From: Podarcis melisellensis
Lineage: Eukaryota
Length of the DNA: 64,000 nt
NCBI GenBank assembly: GCA_964234715.1
Contig: OZ174279.1
Reading direction: 5' to 3' (one strand)
Shown: positions 60,528-64,000 of the stretch, one piece after another
How positions within the stretch are numbered: the stretch's first letter is position 1
Layout of the letters: every line of letters starts with the position of its first letter
Made by a program: the position numbers and the translations under genes
The notes under the pieces: model-generated
What the model was told of the DNA's origin: nothing
Databases searched by the model: none
What the model saw: the letters and a program-made list of their open reading frames with translations, nothing else

Positions 60528-63500
60528 GTCACTTCCTCGCTTTCTCCCTTCCTGGCCTTGGGGGAGAGGATGGGGGACTATGTGAGGGGGATATTTGCCA
60601 CTGGGCAAAACTTTTTTAACTCTTCTGGGTCCCAGTAAGTCTTCACAAGAGTAGATCACACGTTTTTCCGTACATGTTCATGGGGAACTCCCTTTGCTTT
60701 GCCAGCTTAATTTCTTTAATGCAAACTGCCTCTTTTAATTTGCTCCTTTGGGGACAGAGCTGGATGAGATCTGATAGATCAGAGATAAGTCTCTCCCTTG
60801 GGTATTTCTTCTTTATTCAAAGCCGATAATGATAGGCTCACTTCAGCTAAGTAAATAAAATTTCTTGCTACCTTTCCCCCCTCTTTAGCTCTGACTTGCT
60901 TGTTTTCAATTGTACACACACTCATACCAACTGGCCAGAGCTCTGGTCTTCTGCCTGCCTTTACTGCGAGTTTACCAAAATTACAGAAAGGCCCCCACAG
61001 ACTTATATTCTTAAATAAGTTTCTGTTCAGTAAATATTATAAGATCCCTGGGCGGCTCTCATTAGAAAGCCAGCTAGATGGAAAGCTAAAAATAAGATGG
61101 TACATTTTTCATTTCATAATTTGTTCTGCTTATTATATATATATTTAATAGTCAAGCCATAGATTATGCTGACAAAGTAGTGCACAGATAACTTATGAAA
61201 AATAAACCAAACTAAAACATCATTAAAGCTCCCGAATGTTAAAATGTGAGATTTTCTCTTGGTTATTTTGTTAATGCATCTCATGGGAATGAAAGAAACA
61301 GGATAAAAGCTAATGAGCAATATAGCAAATATGGATTCAGTGCACACCAGACTGTGTCCGTTAGAAAACCTAATTTAGAAAGTAGCAATAGAATCTACCA
61401 TACCCAGACTTTCTTCCATAGCCACAACCACAAATCAGGCACTGTTCTCAAACGTTGCTCTTAACTCTCTCTTGCTGCTTTATTTCTAGGTCACATCACT
61501 GCCCCCTTCAACTCCAAATTCTGGCCTTTTATGTTAAGGGAGGGGCCCCACTCATTTGATATATCACACTGAGCCCCTTAATCCCCCTTAATGGTTTACC
61601 ACCCAGGCTATCACCTCACCAGGAGGCTAGCCTGGCTATTTCTAGAATTAGAGGCCTTGATTAAATTCTAACACTTGATGGATTCAGGGATTAGAGGTTT
61701 CTGGCACCCAGTTTAACATCCCAAGCTCATAACAATATAAATTCATTTTTATATAGTTATTAGATACAATTGTCCAATTTCCTTGAAGCCACACAAAGGA
61801 GAAATCAGGGCTATGAAGCTATATTGTGAAAGGAAATAACTCCATTTTGACAGTGATCTCAGAATTTGACTGTAAACTTAAGTTCATATCCTGCATGTGA
61901 ATGCTATTAAGTGCACACATTCCTTTCACTATAATCAATGGTGCAGCATTGCAATATAATGCCTTTTACTTCAATGGCTCCTGCTAACATTCTTCTCACC
62001 TGCTACATTTTCCTTGAATCAGAACTGTAGCATATTGATGTTAACTGCTAATTGTAATGCTAAAGGACTCATTCATATAATAATCATCATACTGTATTAG
62101 CAACCTATTTCACACATTGTTTTTAGTACTTCCACACTAAAAGGTGAATGTGTGTGAGAGAGAAGCCATATTTTCTATGACACAGAAGTCTGCAGCCTCT
62201 GTTCGCATTTTATGTCCTTATTCCACATCTGCAAGTTCAGCTGGAGGTCTGTATCGAGTCTCTGTGTACAGTTTTATTTTCTTCATTTGCAAATAAAATA
62301 AAATATTTGGCTATACTGCCAATGTTAGATCACATTAATACATCAAATTAGGTGGATCATTTGCTCAAGTAAAGCCGGCACTTAAATGCCAATACTGTAA
62401 ATGCTTCTCTTCACATGGCTGACAACCTTGCTCTTTTCCGGGATTCTTGACTACACAGGGAAGAACTGTGTGCTCTTTATCTGTATGTATGCACACCATC
62501 AGCAGAACTCATGAAAGCTGGGAGTTAGGACAGTGCACATGGTCCTATCCCCCTCCATTGTAACATGTGAATAGAGTTTGTATGTCCCTGTAGCAGGGGG
62601 CTGTGATTTCCAGATTTTAATATACATTAAAATCAAATCAAGCATGTCATTAAAATACATTGAGGACTAACTCAATGGACCACAGTTGACAGTCCCACCC
62701 TCTGCCAGATAGCAATCATATCGGAGGACCAACATGTATTTCTCGCTAGTCCTCCCACTCATTGTCGGAATTAACTTGTTATAACGGAAAAAAAGTAGAA
62801 CAATTCTTTTCTATTGAGCTGGTATTGATGTTGGTTTCGATTCTCAAGCGAATTTCCCCCTTGAATGGATTTTTTCCTTCTATTGCAATCATCTGGCCCC
62901 AAACTAGTTAAGGCAGAACATACCAACTGCAGGGATCTGGGTGTCAGTGTGTGTTTGCTGACTGGGATCCATAATTATGGGGGAAATGTCTTGACTGTGT
63001 CATGTTCTCACTTCATCAGCATCAATGGTTGTCAGAATACTGGTATTTCAGTTATCAGTGTGTGTATGTGGAAGAACTGGAGCCCCAAGATCATTCTGAT
63101 TAGGCCTTTAGACAATGTTTCCACATTGTATTTACAGCTAGGGAGTGTCCAACACCACTTTATTTATTCATTATTGTGATGCCTATTGGAGCTGCTAAGA
63201 CCCCAAAAGCGTACAAGCAAGAGTACACCTAACGTGGCCACTTCTTCTTTTTTAAAGGTAATAGAGAGTAAGACACAAAAATCCCAGTCTCCCTAGAAAA
63301 TGTGGAACTAATGCCAATTTTGAAGCTTACTTGGACTAATAAAGATGCTGCCCTAATATGGATTGGGGGGAAAGTGAATGTATTTTAGTTCCCTGCAATT
63401 TGGCGTGCTTAATCCACTATGGAAGGCTCCTTTGCTTACAAATTTCATCTGCTTCTGCTACAAGAGGAAAAAAGGTTTCTTATTTTTCAATTCCCTATAA

Positions 63501-64000
63501 GGGTGTATGGGGAACACAAAACTTTGCTTTATATAAAGCAGTTCGGAACCCAAATGAAAGCAGACAGAACAACTCAGAAATAGATTGAATTTTTTTTAAA
63601 GCACAGGTAAAAGAAGAAAGCGAATTTTGGGATCTATAAACATCCCTACTAGAGATCATCTCTGTATGATACAAAGGAGCAGAAATAACAAGAGTGACTG
63701 ATCACGTGCAGAAGATGTGGGAGAGGGGTACGATTACAGCCACGAGCCTACTGATGGTTTTTAGCTGCCCTTGTCAATGTTATGTTTAGCGGGAGAAACA
63801 TGAAAGGCTCTCCCTCTCATTACTTCTATTACCTTTAAAAGATTTTTCTTTTTTCCTTACGAGGCATACACATTTTGCACGTGGTGAACTTTTAACTACT
63901 TGATCATTAGTCTGTCTTTTTAAGTCTCCCTCGGTGCCGTCGTTATTAAGTATTGTCATGGGAAGTGGGGAGTGAATAGGTGCAGTTATTACCAACAGAC

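Noticed and set aside
1-64000. Prokaryotic-type systems (CRISPR arrays, operons, defence islands) or an endogenous viral gene
   Set aside because: The sequence is vertebrate intron and intergenic DNA; no regularly spaced repeat-spacer array, long ORF or viral protein motif was seen.

Overview
Eukaryotic, AT-rich, repeat-dense genomic DNA from a squamate reptile, most likely a lacertid lizard (inferred from the Sauria SINE, BovB, CR1 and L2 content). The only supportable protein-coding sequence is the 3' end of CTNNA3 (alpha-T-catenin) on the + strand: the penultimate coding exon (4977-5111) and the terminal exon (13693-13980, stop TGA), separated by an 8.6-kb phase-0 GT-AG intron. The remaining ~50 kb is 3' UTR and apparent gene desert. 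It is filled with SINEs (Sauria, tRNA-Lys/CR1-tail, Squam3-like, one 5S-like), LINE fragments (CR1, L2, BovB, Penelope-like), many hAT and Tc1/mariner MITEs with readable TIRs and TSDs, a probable solo LTR and microsatellites. Nearly all entries in the ORF track are spurious or TE-derived. I found no convincing novel multi-gene system. The best second-look items are a poly(A) signal embedded in the last CTNNA3 codons, cryptic truncating splice acceptors in the last intron, a three-level nested transposon whose empty site exists elsewhere in the window, in-window evidence of two SINE/LINE partnerships, and compact RFX/SOX/E-box/CTCF motif clusters. TE family names come from recalled consensus sequences, not from a database search.
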